A DNA stretch of 55,695 bases from an uncultured Gammaproteobacteria bacterium. GTDB lineage: Bacteria > Cyanobacteriota > Vampirovibrionia > LMEP-6097. The stretch is taken from the NCBI GenBank assembly GCA_964551925.1, contig CAZKFA010000007.1, forward strand, positions 1-55,695, given 5' to 3'. Of the stretch, positions 27,963-39,375 are shown piece by piece (the stretch's first letter is position 1; every line of letters starts with the position of its first letter). The position numbers and the translations under genes were made by a program. Under the pieces are notes generated by a model that ran no database searches, had not been told where the DNA came from, and saw only the letters and a list, made by a program, of their open reading frames with translations.

Positions 27963-29672
27963 TTAGTTTAGCTTACTTCTTTTATATCCATAAACAAAAT
28001 AGATAACTAATCCTATCAATAACCAAACAAAAAATCTCTGCCAATTAGCGATACCAAGTTCAGTCATTAAATAAAAACAAGAAAGCAGACCAAGAACAGG
28101 AATTAAAGAAAGTTTTTTTATAAAACTCATAACAGTTACTAAAACAGTTAAAGCAAAGAAACTAAAATAAGGTAATTTTTGCATAAAAACCTCATACCCA
28201 GTGAGTTTAGCATCTGCTAAGCAGAAGAATTTATCGAAGAAAGCAACATCGTAAACAAATATCAACATCACTGCAATAGCAAATAAAGCTGGCATTGCAT
28301 ATCTACCGTTAATATAAGGAACTGTAAATTTAGCTTTGTTATCATTTTTTGGCAAGAACAAAATCCCTGCGCAGACTGAAACAAAAGCAAACAATGTCCC
28401 AATGCTATTCATATCAGTTGCTAATTCTGAATCAAGAAAGAGCACTGGTATCCCAACCATAAACCCCATAACAACAGTAGAAAAACTTGGGGTCTGAAAT
28501 TTAGGGTGTATAAAAGAGAATTTTTTGGGCAATAAGCCATCTCTGCTCATCGCCATCCAAATCCTTGGTTGAGCAATAGTAAAAACCAAAATCACACTAG
28601 TCGTCGCTACAATAGCACTAAGCGCTAATATACCGCCAAGCCAATCTAAGCCAACTTCACGAAACACAAAGGGCAAAAAATCCGCTACGTTTAATTTAGT
28701 GTAATTAACCATTCCAGTCAAAACTACTGCTACTGCAATATACAGCACTGTACAAATCAGTAAAGAATTAATCATGCCTTGCGGTAAATCTTTTTGTGGA
28801 TTCTTACATTCTTCTGCTGTTGTTGAAACAGCATCAAAACCAACATAAGCAAAAAACACCGCTGATACTCCCTGCATCACACCCGTCAAACCATTTGGAG
28901 CAAAGGGTTGCCAGTTCTCTGGATTGATATAGCAAGCACCAATTAAAATCACCAATATCACTACTACTACTTTAAAAATCACCATCCATACCGTGGCATT
29001 GCGGGATTCTTTGATACCAACATAGACTAAAGTTGTTATGAGGATAGTAGCGATAAAAGCAGGTAAATTTATGATAACGGGGATGGAATCGCAAATCCTC
29101 GGAGCAGTATTCCATAAAGTGTTCAGCTGCTCTATATGTAAAGGAATAGCCGCACCTTGAGCTTGTAAGCTTAAAAACTGTTCATGAGCCTTGCTGGCTG
29201 CAAGATAGCTCGTAGAGATCCATTCTGGAATATAGATCCCGAAGCCTTTAAGAAAACTACAGAGATTCGCTGACCAAGCGATAGTTACAGTAATGTTGCC
29301 AATGGCGTATTCCATGATCAGATTCCAACCAATGATCCATGCAGTTAGCTCACCAAAAGCAACATAGGCATAAGTGTAAGCACTACCAGCGATTGGCACT
29401 CGCGAAGCAAACTCGGCATAGCATAACGCACATAACGCACAAGTGATTGCGGTAAAAACAAACAATAAAGAAACCGCCGGTCCACCATTAAAGCAAGCCC
29501 TACCAATAGTAGAGAAAACACCAGCGCCAATAATCGCAGCAACACCAAGAGCGGTTAGATCCTTAGTAGTAAGAACTTTATTTAGGGAGATGTGACCGCC
29601 ACTATCTACTGGTTCTTCAGTTAAATTGTCAAGATTCTTTTTTCTAGAGATTGCCTTTAATAAACGCATCAT
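27963..29672 (-). CDS. APC-family amino acid permease
   Basis: 569-aa polytopic ORF with GAGVFSTIG and AEFASRVPIAGSAYTYAY motifs, typical of cationic amino acid transporters. Confidence 0.85.
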   Translation of the reverse strand: MMRLLKAISRKKNLDNLTEEPVDSGGHISLNKVLTTKDLTALGVAAIIGAGVFSTIGRACFNGGPAVSLLFVFTAITCALCALCYAEFASRVPIAGSAYTYAYVAFGELTAWIIGWNLIMEYAIGNITVTIAWSANLCSFLKGFGIYIPEWISTSYLAASKAHEQFLSLQAQGAAIPLHIEQLNTLWNTAPRICDSIPVIINLPAFIATILITTLVYVGIKESRNATVWMVIFKVVVVILVILIGACYINPENWQPFAPNGLTGVMQGVSAVFFAYVGFDAVSTTAEECKNPQKDLPQGMINSLLICTVLYIAVAVVLTGMVNYTKLNVADFLPFVFREVGLDWLGGILALSAIVATTSVILVFTIAQPRIWMAMSRDGLLPKKFSFIHPKFQTPSFSTVVMGFMVGIPVLFLDSELATDMNSIGTLFAFVSVCAGILFLPKNDNKAKFTVPYINGRYAMPALFAIAVMLIFVYDVAFFDKFFCLADAKLTGYEVFMQKLPYFSFFALTVLVTVMSFIKKLSLIPVLGLLSCFYLMTELGIANWQRFFVWLLIGLVIYFVYGYKRSKLN

Positions 29673-29693
29673 TTAATATAGTAAACTATCAAG

Positions 29694-29699
29694 TATAAT
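29694..29699 (+). promoter_or_regulatory. -10 box TATAAT, 6 nt upstream of the dedA ATG (29706)
   Basis: Perfect consensus. A divergent TACTAT (29678-29683) lies 5 nt from the first permease ATG and 8 nt from the second. Confidence 0.5.
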
Positions 29700-29705
29700 G
29701 TGGAT

Positions 29706-30290
29706 ATGGATTTACAGAATCTTATTCATTCTATTGGCTACTTAGGTGTTTTCGCCATTATTTTTATAGAATCAGGAATATTTTTTGGCTTCTTTTTGCC
29801 AGGGGATAGCCTCTTGTTTACTGCTGGATTTTTGGCTTCACAAGGATTAATGTCTTTGCCGATATTGTTGGTAGGTTGCTTTATTGCTGCAGTCTTAGGA
29901 GTCAATGTTGGTTATGCTTTTGGGCATAAAGTTGGGCGTAAATTATTTGAGAGAGAAGACTCAAGATTTTTCCACAGGGAAAATTTAATAGCGACAGAGA
30001 ATTTTTATCAGAAGTATGGTGCTAAAGCTATTGTACTGGCGCGTTTTGTGCCTATAGTCCGCACCTTTGCTCCGATTGTGGCAGGCATTGCTAAGATGGA
30101 TTACCCAGTCTTTATTAAATTCAATCTTATTGGTGCGTTGTTGTGGGCAGTGGGAGTAACTACAGCTGGCTATTTCTTAGGTAAATTAGTTCCTCATGCT
30201 GATCATTATCTCTTACCAATTGTTTTAGTTATTATTGTTATTTCTGTTATACCCGGCTTATTACATATGATTAAGGCACGCAGATCATAA
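29706..30290 (+). CDS. DedA/VTT-domain membrane protein
   Basis: FLPGDSLLFTAGFLA and ARFVPIVRTFAPIVAG motifs. The ATG at 29706 is preceded by TATAAT 6 nt upstream. Confidence 0.85.
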   Translation: MDLQNLIHSIGYLGVFAIIFIESGIFFGFFLPGDSLLFTAGFLASQGLMSLPILLVGCFIAAVLGVNVGYAFGHKVGRKLFEREDSRFFHRENLIATENFYQKYGAKAIVLARFVPIVRTFAPIVAGIAKMDYPVFIKFNLIGALLWAVGVTTAGYFLGKLVPHADHYLLPIVLVIIVISVIPGLLHMIKARRS

Positions 30291-30293
30291 ATT

Positions 30294-32354
30294 ATGCAAA
30301 CAAATCCTCTGGAGCAACAGAAATTTTTTTCTACAAAAATTATTCTAGTAGCGATCATAGGAACGGTTGTATTAGGTTTTATTGCTCTTAGTCGTAATGA
30401 AACAATTAGTGCGACTTGGTTTATTATAGCCGCGGTTTGTTCGTATCTTATTGGTTATCGCTTCTATGCTGCCTGGATTTGTGCCAAGGTTTTGGTGCTA
30501 GATCCAACAAGAGCCACCCCAGCAGAGCGTTTTAGTGATGGTAGGGATTTTGTGCCTACTAATAAGTGGGTGGTTTTTGGACATCATTTCGCTGCGATTG
30601 CTGGACCGGGTCCGTTGATTGGACCGACCCTTGCTGCTCAGTTTGGTTATCTACCGGCAACAATTTGGATACTTGTAGGTTCAGTGCTTGGTGGTGCTGT
30701 GCAGGATATGCTGATTCTATTTTTCTCGACTCGTCGTAATGGCAAAAGCATAGGACAGATGGCAAAAGACGAACTTGGTAATTTTGCTGGTTATGCTGCT
30801 TTGATTGGTACTTTGATGATAGTCATTATACTTATTTCGGTTCTAGGGCTGGTCGTGGTGAAAGCTATGAAACACAGTGCTTGGGCTACTTTTACGGTAG
30901 CTTCTACTATTCCTATTGCGATGTTAGTTGGCTTTTATTTGCGTTATCTGCGACCCGAGAAAATTCTAGAAGCATCATTGATTGGTTTAACTTTGATCTT
31001 GGCTGCTGTTGTCGGTGGTGAGTATGTTGCTAAAACAGAGAATTTGGCTTGCTATTTTAATCTGAGCGGAGAGGCTCTTGCTTGGGGTGTGATTATATAT
31101 GGTTTCCTTGCTGCAACTTTGCCAGTATGGCTACTGCTTGCACCGAGGGATTATTTATCAACCTATCTTAAGCTAGGGACTATTTTTTTACTTATTATTG
31201 CGGTGTTGTTGTTAAGACCAGAGCTGCAGATGCCAGCTCTGACTAGGTTTGTTGATGGCACTGGTCCAATTTTTGGTGGAAAGATTTTTCCTTTTATGTT
31301 TATTACTATTGCTTGCGGTGCGATTTCAGGTTTCCATTCGTTGATTGCTTCTGGCACTACACCGAAAATTTTATCTAATGAAAAAGATATTCGTTTAATT
31401 GCCTATGGCAGTATGTTGCTAGAATCTTTTGTTGCCATAATCGCTCTGCTTGCTGCTTGTATTCTGGAACCGGGTTTGTTTTTTGCTATTAATAGTCCTG
31501 CGGCTTTGGTCGGGGATAATGTCATTGATGTTTGTAAGACTATTAGTAGTTGGGGTTTTGTGATTCAACCACAAACAGTTATTGATTTATCTAAGGCTGT
31601 TGGAGAAGATAGTTTGCTAGGACGCACTGGTGGAGCCCCTTCGCTCGCTGTAGGCATGGCTTATATTTTTGCCAAGGTTTTTGGTAATGGTTTGCTTGCA
31701 ATTTGGTATCACTTTGCGATTATGTTTGAAGCTGTTTTTATACTTACTACTTTGGATGCTGGTACTAGAGTGGCGCGCTTTATGTTGCAAGATTTACTCG
31801 GTAATATTTATAAACCTTTAGGCAGGACTTCTTGGTATCCAGCTAATATTTTTGCCAGCGCCTTAGTTGTGGCGAGTTGGGGATATTTTTTATATATAGG
31901 CGTGATTGATCCAAATGGTGGCGTCAATATGCTTTGGCCGATTTTTGGTATAGCTAATCAAATGCTAGCTTCTATCGCGCTCTGTGTCTGTACTTGCATT
32001 TTGCTTAAAACTTCTAAAACCAAATATTTTCTAATTAGTTTTCTGCCTTTATTGTTTTTGGTTTTGATTACTAATTGCGCTGCCTATGAAAAATTTACTA
32101 GTATAGATCCGCGAATTGCTTTTGGTGATCAGCCGGTCTTGATACTACTTACAACATTATTCTTGCTTTGTTTATGGATAGTTTTTGCTGCTACGCTGAG
32201 GACTGTTCTTAAGTGTTTGCGCAACGAAGAATTACTTATTAGCAGTGAGTCTCAATATATCCCGAGTCAATTAAACAGTCTTACTGTAGCAAATATTGAC
32301 TCAATTTTTAAGAAAAATGACGACGCTTACGATAAGCCAAATCGTTGCTGTTAG
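30294..32354 (+). CDS. cstA: carbon starvation protein A (peptide/pyruvate transporter family)
   Basis: 686-aa polytopic ORF. FGHHFAAIAGPGPLIGPTLAAQFGYLP is diagnostic of CstA. Confidence 0.9.
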   Translation: MQTNPLEQQKFFSTKIILVAIIGTVVLGFIALSRNETISATWFIIAAVCSYLIGYRFYAAWICAKVLVLDPTRATPAERFSDGRDFVPTNKWVVFGHHFAAIAGPGPLIGPTLAAQFGYLPATIWILVGSVLGGAVQDMLILFFSTRRNGKSIGQMAKDELGNFAGYAALIGTLMIVIILISVLGLVVVKAMKHSAWATFTVASTIPIAMLVGFYLRYLRPEKILEASLIGLTLILAAVVGGEYVAKTENLACYFNLSGEALAWGVIIYGFLAATLPVWLLLAPRDYLSTYLKLGTIFLLIIAVLLLRPELQMPALTRFVDGTGPIFGGKIFPFMFITIACGAISGFHSLIASGTTPKILSNEKDIRLIAYGSMLLESFVAIIALLAACILEPGLFFAINSPAALVGDNVIDVCKTISSWGFVIQPQTVIDLSKAVGEDSLLGRTGGAPSLAVGMAYIFAKVFGNGLLAIWYHFAIMFEAVFILTTLDAGTRVARFMLQDLLGNIYKPLGRTSWYPANIFASALVVASWGYFLYIGVIDPNGGVNMLWPIFGIANQMLASIALCVCTCILLKTSKTKYFLISFLPLLFLVLITNCAAYEKFTSIDPRIAFGDQPVLILLTTLFLLCLWIVFAATLRTVLKCLRNEELLISSESQYIPSQLNSLTVANIDSIFKKNDDAYDKPNRCC

Positions 32355-32674
32355 TTTTTGCGGATACAGACTTGTCTACCAGTGCCAACTATTGTTAACT
32401 GATCAGCAAATTCTCTTGTAAACCGGTCAATAGCCACTTTTGGATTGTGCTCTGGATTATCATAAAAGATCTCATCATAATCATCAAAAATCATAACCCC
32501 GCCTTTGTTGAGTAATTGAAAAGAGCTAACACCATCACTATAAACGTCGTCAGCATGATGAGAGCCGTCTATATATATAAAATCAAATCTTTTATTTGCT
32601 GATCTAGAGAATTGGTCAAAGCTTGGAAATCTATTGATAGTACTGGAATTTGTCCTTGAGTTTTTCGAAGCGGA
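32351..32674 (-). pseudogene. C-terminal remnant of a class I SAM-dependent methyltransferase (Methyltransf_24-like)
   Basis: Open frame of 107 codons with no ATG, GTG or TTG giving an ORF that covers it. Encodes KRFDFIYIDGSHHADDVYSDGVSSFQLLNKGGVMIFDDYDEIFYDNPEHNPKVAIDRF, but the N-terminal SAM-binding half is missing. Its stop overlaps the cstA stop. Confidence 0.45.
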
Positions 32675-32754
32675 TTAAATAAAGGCATTTTATTATCTTG
32701 TCTCAAGGGACTTGGTTTTACCAGAAGATTTATTGCACAGCAGAAGGCTTTGTT

Positions 32755-32769
32755 TTAAGCTTGGCTTAA
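32755..32769 (+). promoter_or_regulatory. weaker TTAA-N7-TTAA site
   Basis: TTAAgcttggcTTAA upstream of the 32882 gene. Different distance to the nearest -10 (TAGAAT 32803-32808) and purines after each TTAA. Confidence 0.25.
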
Positions 32770-32780
32770 GATTTCACTAC

Positions 32781-32869
32781 TGCGAATCTTTCTCAATAAG
32801 TGTAGAATGATAGTAGTTATTGCGAATCTTTCTCAGTAACTAAGGTTACTTGCAAAGTTTTCTCAGTAA
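32781..32869 (+). repeat. three 19-nt direct repeats TGCGAATCTTTCTCA(A/G)TAA
   Basis: Copies at 32781-32799, 32821-32839 (18/19 identical to the first) and 32851-32869 (TGCAAAGTTTTCTCAGTAA). Spacings are 40 and 30 nt. They end 12 nt before the ATG at 32882. Confidence 0.8.
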
Positions 32870-32881
32870 ATTGTGGCCCAT

Positions 32882-33934
32882 ATGCAAATCAGCAATACCA
32901 TTAACAGCAGACCCATTGCTCTACCAGCAGCTGTAGAGCAAGTCGCAGTCAAAGCTCCTGTGATAGATCTAACTAATAAATTATTACAAAACTTAGCAAT
33001 AAACAAAGCTCAATTCACCAGTAAAGTTGCAGAGAAGTTTTCTTTATTGGAGATTGGTATGGGAGCTTTTTTGTCGATCGCCCGTTGGCGCTTAGATGAC
33101 TTTGCGTATTTTGTAACTTCTGCTCTGGAGTGGTTTGAAAATAAAATTCAAGATATTCAAGGTACCAAAAATTTCCCACCATTAATACAAAATGCCTTTA
33201 CTGCTTTATTTAAATTAATGAACCGTACTAATAAAGATGGCTCAGAGATTCAGGTTGCAGATCTGGATAAACATAGAGAAGCGATAGTTGGATCGGTAAA
33301 TTTTTTTAGTACACTACCGGTCTTGATTGCTTCTGTTTTTCGTGCCGTTAAAAATTTAATCTCATTAAAGGAACAAGTGCCAAGAGCGGAACCTAGTGGA
33401 CTTCTAATGAAAGCCTTCTTGTATTTAGCACCTCTATTAAATACAGGTGCTATGTGGCTTTCGGCGGCTGGTAAAGCAGCTCCTGCTGAAGCGATGCAGC
33501 AAGTTGTTAGTAAGTCTAAGACAGAGATTTATAACAGAGATTCTATGGTTGATGATTACAACACGACGCTTAATTCAGTGAATGAAGATAAATTATGTGG
33601 TTTGATGTCAGCAGGTTTAGCCGTGACTCCGATATTAGGTAAGATTTTCCCGCGTTTTGATAAAGCGATAGAAAATATTTATGCTACTTATATCTCAGCA
33701 AAGAGCCTAGCTAATGGTTGGCAGGGTATGGCAAGTGGACATCACGATGATAGCCCAAGATATAATTTATCTGCTTTTGATCATAACTTAATGCAGGCTT
33801 TAGAACCAGCGAAACAATTCGTTTGTAATCTAGCTGGCATCAAAGTTCCAGCACTAGAGACATTTACTAATTTAATGCAGAAGCCAACCGATAGAACGAC
33901 ACATCAGCAGGCATTACATGTGTTAGCCGTCTAA
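32882..33934 (+). CDS. hypothetical protein with several hydrophobic segments
   Basis: About 350-aa ORF (ATG at 32882). No recognisable family. Convergent with flgC. Confidence 0.55.
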   Translation: MQISNTINSRPIALPAAVEQVAVKAPVIDLTNKLLQNLAINKAQFTSKVAEKFSLLEIGMGAFLSIARWRLDDFAYFVTSALEWFENKIQDIQGTKNFPPLIQNAFTALFKLMNRTNKDGSEIQVADLDKHREAIVGSVNFFSTLPVLIASVFRAVKNLISLKEQVPRAEPSGLLMKAFLYLAPLLNTGAMWLSAAGKAAPAEAMQQVVSKSKTEIYNRDSMVDDYNTTLNSVNEDKLCGLMSAGLAVTPILGKIFPRFDKAIENIYATYISAKSLANGWQGMASGHHDDSPRYNLSAFDHNLMQALEPAKQFVCNLAGIKVPALETFTNLMQKPTDRTTHQQALHVLAV

Positions 33935-33941
33935 AGTTTGA

Positions 33942-34403
33942 CTAACTATTCTTCGTCATATTAAGAGCCTCTTGAGAAGCTTTTTTCGCCATTTCAACGA
34001 TACTTAAATTTGCCTTGTATTGTCTTACGGCATCCATCATTTTTAACATCTCACCAGCACCATCAACGTTAGACATCTCAACATTGCCGTTGGCGTCAGC
34101 CATTGGATGATCGGGCATAAAAACTTTTATTCCTGGAGTATTGTCAACCATTACCTTTGCGATTTGTACGCCTTCGCCTTTATGTTCGCCTTTGATGATT
34201 GAACCAATCTCACCATCTTCACTACCTAAGCTTGAAAGTAAAGTTGAGAAACTACTGTCATTAACCTTGGCTGCAAAAACAGGACTCTTTGCTTTATAAC
34301 CTGGAGTGAGCATGTTTGCTACGTTCTCGGCAGCAAGTTCCATCGCTCCCCGTGTAGCTTCTAATCCATTGTGTGCGGTGTCGTAGATATTGAATATGCT
34401 CAT
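33942..34403 (-). CDS. flgC: flagellar basal-body rod protein FlgC
   Basis: 153-aa ORF. N-terminal rod motif ENVANMLTPGYKA and C-terminal VDGAGEMLKMMDAVRQYKANLSIVE. Confidence 0.9.
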   Translation of the reverse strand: MSIFNIYDTAHNGLEATRGAMELAAENVANMLTPGYKAKSPVFAAKVNDSSFSTLLSSLGSEDGEIGSIIKGEHKGEGVQIAKVMVDNTPGIKVFMPDHPMADANGNVEMSNVDGAGEMLKMMDAVRQYKANLSIVEMAKKASQEALNMTKNS

Positions 34404-34750
34404 TATGCTGCCCTTCCTGATTGTGTCGCTTCTTCCATATGTTTATAAATATGACCGTTAATTCTTGTTAACAGCACATACTTAAGGTGATTCTCTGCCA
34501 TTTCAGCTAGTTCTTTCTCGTAGCTTGGTTTCTGGTTAGTATCTTCTATAACAGCTTTATTAATGATGGAGTCCATGCTTTGATTAACAGCCCCATGTTC
34601 TAAACCTTTCATCACTTGGCCAAAATCTAAATCTTGCCTAATGTAGCCGGGTGTATTAACGTTGGTTAGGTTATTTGCAAGGATTTGTTGCCTATCGCCA
34701 ACCGCGCTAATTAATGTATTTAAAACTTTTTCTTCGTGACTATGTAACAT
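34403..34750 (-). CDS. flgB: flagellar basal-body rod protein FlgB
   Basis: 115-aa ORF with the LANNLTNVNTPGY rod motif. TAATG overlap with flgC. Confidence 0.85.
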   Translation of the reverse strand: MLHSHEEKVLNTLISAVGDRQQILANNLTNVNTPGYIRQDLDFGQVMKGLEHGAVNQSMDSIINKAVIEDTNQKPSYEKELAEMAENHLKYVLLTRINGHIYKHMEEATQSGRAA

Positions 34751-34768
34751 ATGAATTTCTCTGCCATA

Positions 34769-34801
34769 GTTATATAAGATAAAGGTTAAGCCCTGGTTAA
34801 G
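34769..34801 (-). promoter_or_regulatory. TTAA-N7-TTAAC-N10-TATAAC promoter module upstream of flgB
   Basis: Minus strand reads CTTAACCAgggCTTAACCTttatcttaTATAAC. Two 8-mers spaced 11 bp apart. Confidence 0.55.
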
Positions 34802-34804
34802 CTT

Positions 34805-34813
34805 TGCTATAAT
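34805..34813 (+). promoter_or_regulatory. extended -10 TGcTATAAT, 7 nt upstream of the proA ATG
   Basis: Perfect extended -10. No Shine-Dalgarno. Confidence 0.5.
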
Positions 34814-34820
34814 TAAGGCA

Positions 34821-36128
34821 ATGAATTTTGAAAAAACATCTACAACTGGCTCTGAAATAGGTATAAATGACCAAAAGCAGGTATTAGAGCGTTTGCAAGA
34901 ACAAATAAAGTTAGCTAAGAGATCTGCTATTAATATGGCTGTTCTTTCTGAGGGACAAAAGAACTACGCTCTTGAACTCGTAGAAAGAGAGTTAAGAGAG
35001 TCTATTAATTATATTGTTGAAGCTAATAAACAAGATTTGGACAATCCCGAGAATGCGGACCTAACTCCAGCGATGCGGGACAGATTGTTATTAGATTCTC
35101 AGCGCATAATGTCTATGGCAAATGGTTTGCGTAAAATTATTAACAGTAAGGATCCTATTGGTAATGTGTTAGAAGGTTGGCAACATCCTAATGGTATGAA
35201 GATTACTAAAGTTAGGGTGCCACTCGGTGTAATTGGGATTATTTATGAAGCAAGACCAAACGTTACTACCGATGCGATCGGACTTGCAATTAAATCTGGC
35301 AACGCTGTTGTCTTGAGAGGTTCTAAGCAATCTTGGCACACAAATAATGCCATTATGGTTGTTGTCAATAGAGCGCTGTCACAGACAGCAGTATCTAAAG
35401 AAGCTATTCAATATTTAGGAGATAAAACTCGTGAGGGTTGTAAACTATTGTTGCGAGCAGTTGGTCTCATTGACTTGGTTATACCGCGTGGTGGTGAGAT
35501 ACTCAATAAATTTGTTACTGATAATGCTTTAGTGCCAGTACTCGGAGCTGGTGGCGGTACTTGCCATACTTACATTGACCAGTTTGCTGACCTTGATAAG
35601 GCAATTAAGATCGCGGTTAACGCCAAGGTTTCTAGACCAAGCGTCTGTAATTCTTGCGAGACTATTTTGATACACAACGACGTCAAAGACCAGGTTCTAC
35701 CAGAGTTAGCGGAAGCTTTGATTGCGCATAAAGTAGAAATAATTGGTGATCAAGGAGTCCAGAAGTTATTACCTTTTTGCACGGCTGCGACAGAAGAAGA
35801 TTGGTCTAAAGAATATTTAGATCTCAAAGTCTCAATTAAAATAGTTGATTCAATTGAGGAAGCAATTCAGCATATAAATTTCTATTCAACAAAGCACTCA
35901 GAAGCTATTATTACTGAGGATAGGGAGAATGCAGATTTATTTATGCGTATGATTGATTCAGCCTGTGTGTATATTAATGCTAGTACTCGTTTCACTGATG
36001 GTGAGGAGTTTGGCTTTGGGGCTGAGATGGGGATTAGCACTCAGAAGATGCACGCACGCGGGCCTATTGGGCTAAAAGAACTTTGTAGTTATAAATATAT
36101 TATCGAAGGTAATGGACAAGTGAGATGA
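34821..36128 (+). CDS. proA: glutamate-5-semialdehyde dehydrogenase
   Basis: 435-aa ORF with GVIGIIYEARPNVT, VVLRGSKQS, CNSCETILIH and FGFGAEMGISTQK motifs. Confidence 0.93.
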   Translation: MNFEKTSTTGSEIGINDQKQVLERLQEQIKLAKRSAINMAVLSEGQKNYALELVERELRESINYIVEANKQDLDNPENADLTPAMRDRLLLDSQRIMSMANGLRKIINSKDPIGNVLEGWQHPNGMKITKVRVPLGVIGIIYEARPNVTTDAIGLAIKSGNAVVLRGSKQSWHTNNAIMVVVNRALSQTAVSKEAIQYLGDKTREGCKLLLRAVGLIDLVIPRGGEILNKFVTDNALVPVLGAGGGTCHTYIDQFADLDKAIKIAVNAKVSRPSVCNSCETILIHNDVKDQVLPELAEALIAHKVEIIGDQGVQKLLPFCTAATEEDWSKEYLDLKVSIKIVDSIEEAIQHINFYSTKHSEAIITEDRENADLFMRMIDSACVYINASTRFTDGEEFGFGAEMGISTQKMHARGPIGLKELCSYKYIIEGNGQVR

Positions 36129-36712
36129 GGCTTGGCTTATTTGGCGGTACTTTTGATCCAATTCACTACGGTCATATAAATATTGCAATTGAAGCTCAAC
36201 GCAAATTTCAACTAGATAGAGTTGATTTTATTATTGCCAAATCTAGTCCGTTTGCTAAGCAGATTTTATTTACAGCTGAACAGCGTTTGAATTTAGTTAA
36301 GCAGTTCCTTGCAGAGAAACAAATTGAGAATTTTGCGGTTTCAAGAGTTGAATTAGATAGATCTGGCCCTTCTTATAGTTATCAAACTGTAGAGAATTAT
36401 CGCCAAGAATTCCCAGAAGCGGAGCTGTTTTGGATTATGGGGGCGGACGCTTGGAACTCTTTCTATGAATGGAAAAGCTATCAATATATTGCCGAGAATG
36501 TTACTTTTATTATTTTTGCTAGAGCTGGTTCTAAACCCAATAACCTAGTTAGTGACTGGGACTTACACTTTTTGGAGGATAACTTGTATCAAATATCTTC
36601 AACTGAAGTCAAAGCAGCACTTACTGGTGATCAAAATAATTTATCAAAATTCTTTCCAAATACAGTAAATGACCTATTGATAAAGTACTACGCAGATAGA
36701 ATTGTGGAATAA
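36125..36712 (+). CDS. nadD: nicotinate-nucleotide adenylyltransferase
   Basis: 195-aa ORF with GLFGGTFDPIHYGH and ISSTEVK motifs. 4-nt overlap with proA. Confidence 0.88.
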   Translation: MRLGLFGGTFDPIHYGHINIAIEAQRKFQLDRVDFIIAKSSPFAKQILFTAEQRLNLVKQFLAEKQIENFAVSRVELDRSGPSYSYQTVENYRQEFPEAELFWIMGADAWNSFYEWKSYQYIAENVTFIIFARAGSKPNNLVSDWDLHFLEDNLYQISSTEVKAALTGDQNNLSKFFPNTVNDLLIKYYADRIVE

Positions 36713-36719
36713 TCTAATT

Positions 36720-37268
36720 ATGGCAGAGAAAGAAAATAAAGAAATCAGACCGACTACGCCTGCATCTGGAGCTCCTAATATGATCATGGTCATATTGTTC
36801 ATTTTTATTGCAGCGTTTGGTGGTTGTTTGCTTGCTTTTCAATTGGCGCCAAAGACAATAACTGTAAACCAAACTCTTCATGAAGCGAAGGAGCCTAGCG
36901 AGGGAGATCATTTGCCGATCTATCCACTAGGAGATTTTGTTGTTAATTTAGCTGATGCGAGTGGAAATCGTTTTCTTAAAGTTTCAGTGACAGCAAAATT
37001 ATATTCCGAAGATTTTGAAGAGTATGGCAAACTTTCAGGTGAAGAGCAGCATGCTTATCATGTACGTATTGAAGGTGATTTACATCCAGTTATGCCGGCA
37101 ATTAAAGACGTTATTATTACGACTTTATCACGTAAAAAAGCAGATGAGGTTATTGGCTATGAAAACAAACTAGCATTAAAAACAGAACTCAAAGAACATT
37201 TGAGTCATGTAATGCATGGTGAGTTTCAAATTTATGATCTTTACTTCACTGACTTTATTGTTCAGTAA
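36720..37268 (+). CDS. fliL: flagellar basal body-associated protein FliL
   Basis: N-terminal TM helix, then LGDFVVNLADASGNRFLKVSVTAKL, typical of FliL. ATG at 36720 preferred. Confidence 0.75.
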   Translation: MAEKENKEIRPTTPASGAPNMIMVILFIFIAAFGGCLLAFQLAPKTITVNQTLHEAKEPSEGDHLPIYPLGDFVVNLADASGNRFLKVSVTAKLYSEDFEEYGKLSGEEQHAYHVRIEGDLHPVMPAIKDVIITTLSRKKADEVIGYENKLALKTELKEHLSHVMHGEFQIYDLYFTDFIVQ

Positions 37269-37292
37269 GACACAATAGGGAGTGTACTGACA

Positions 37293-39341
<2,049 letters not shown>

Positions 39342-39375
39342 AACAAAGGTCTTATGATAATATTTAGAGCGTATT

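Noticed and set aside
34751-34820. Sigma28 (TAAA-N15-GCCGATAA) or sigma54 (TGGCAC-N5-TTGC) promoter upstream of flgB
   Set aside because: Neither consensus is present by eye. The TTAA-N7-TTAAC module occupies the -35 region instead.
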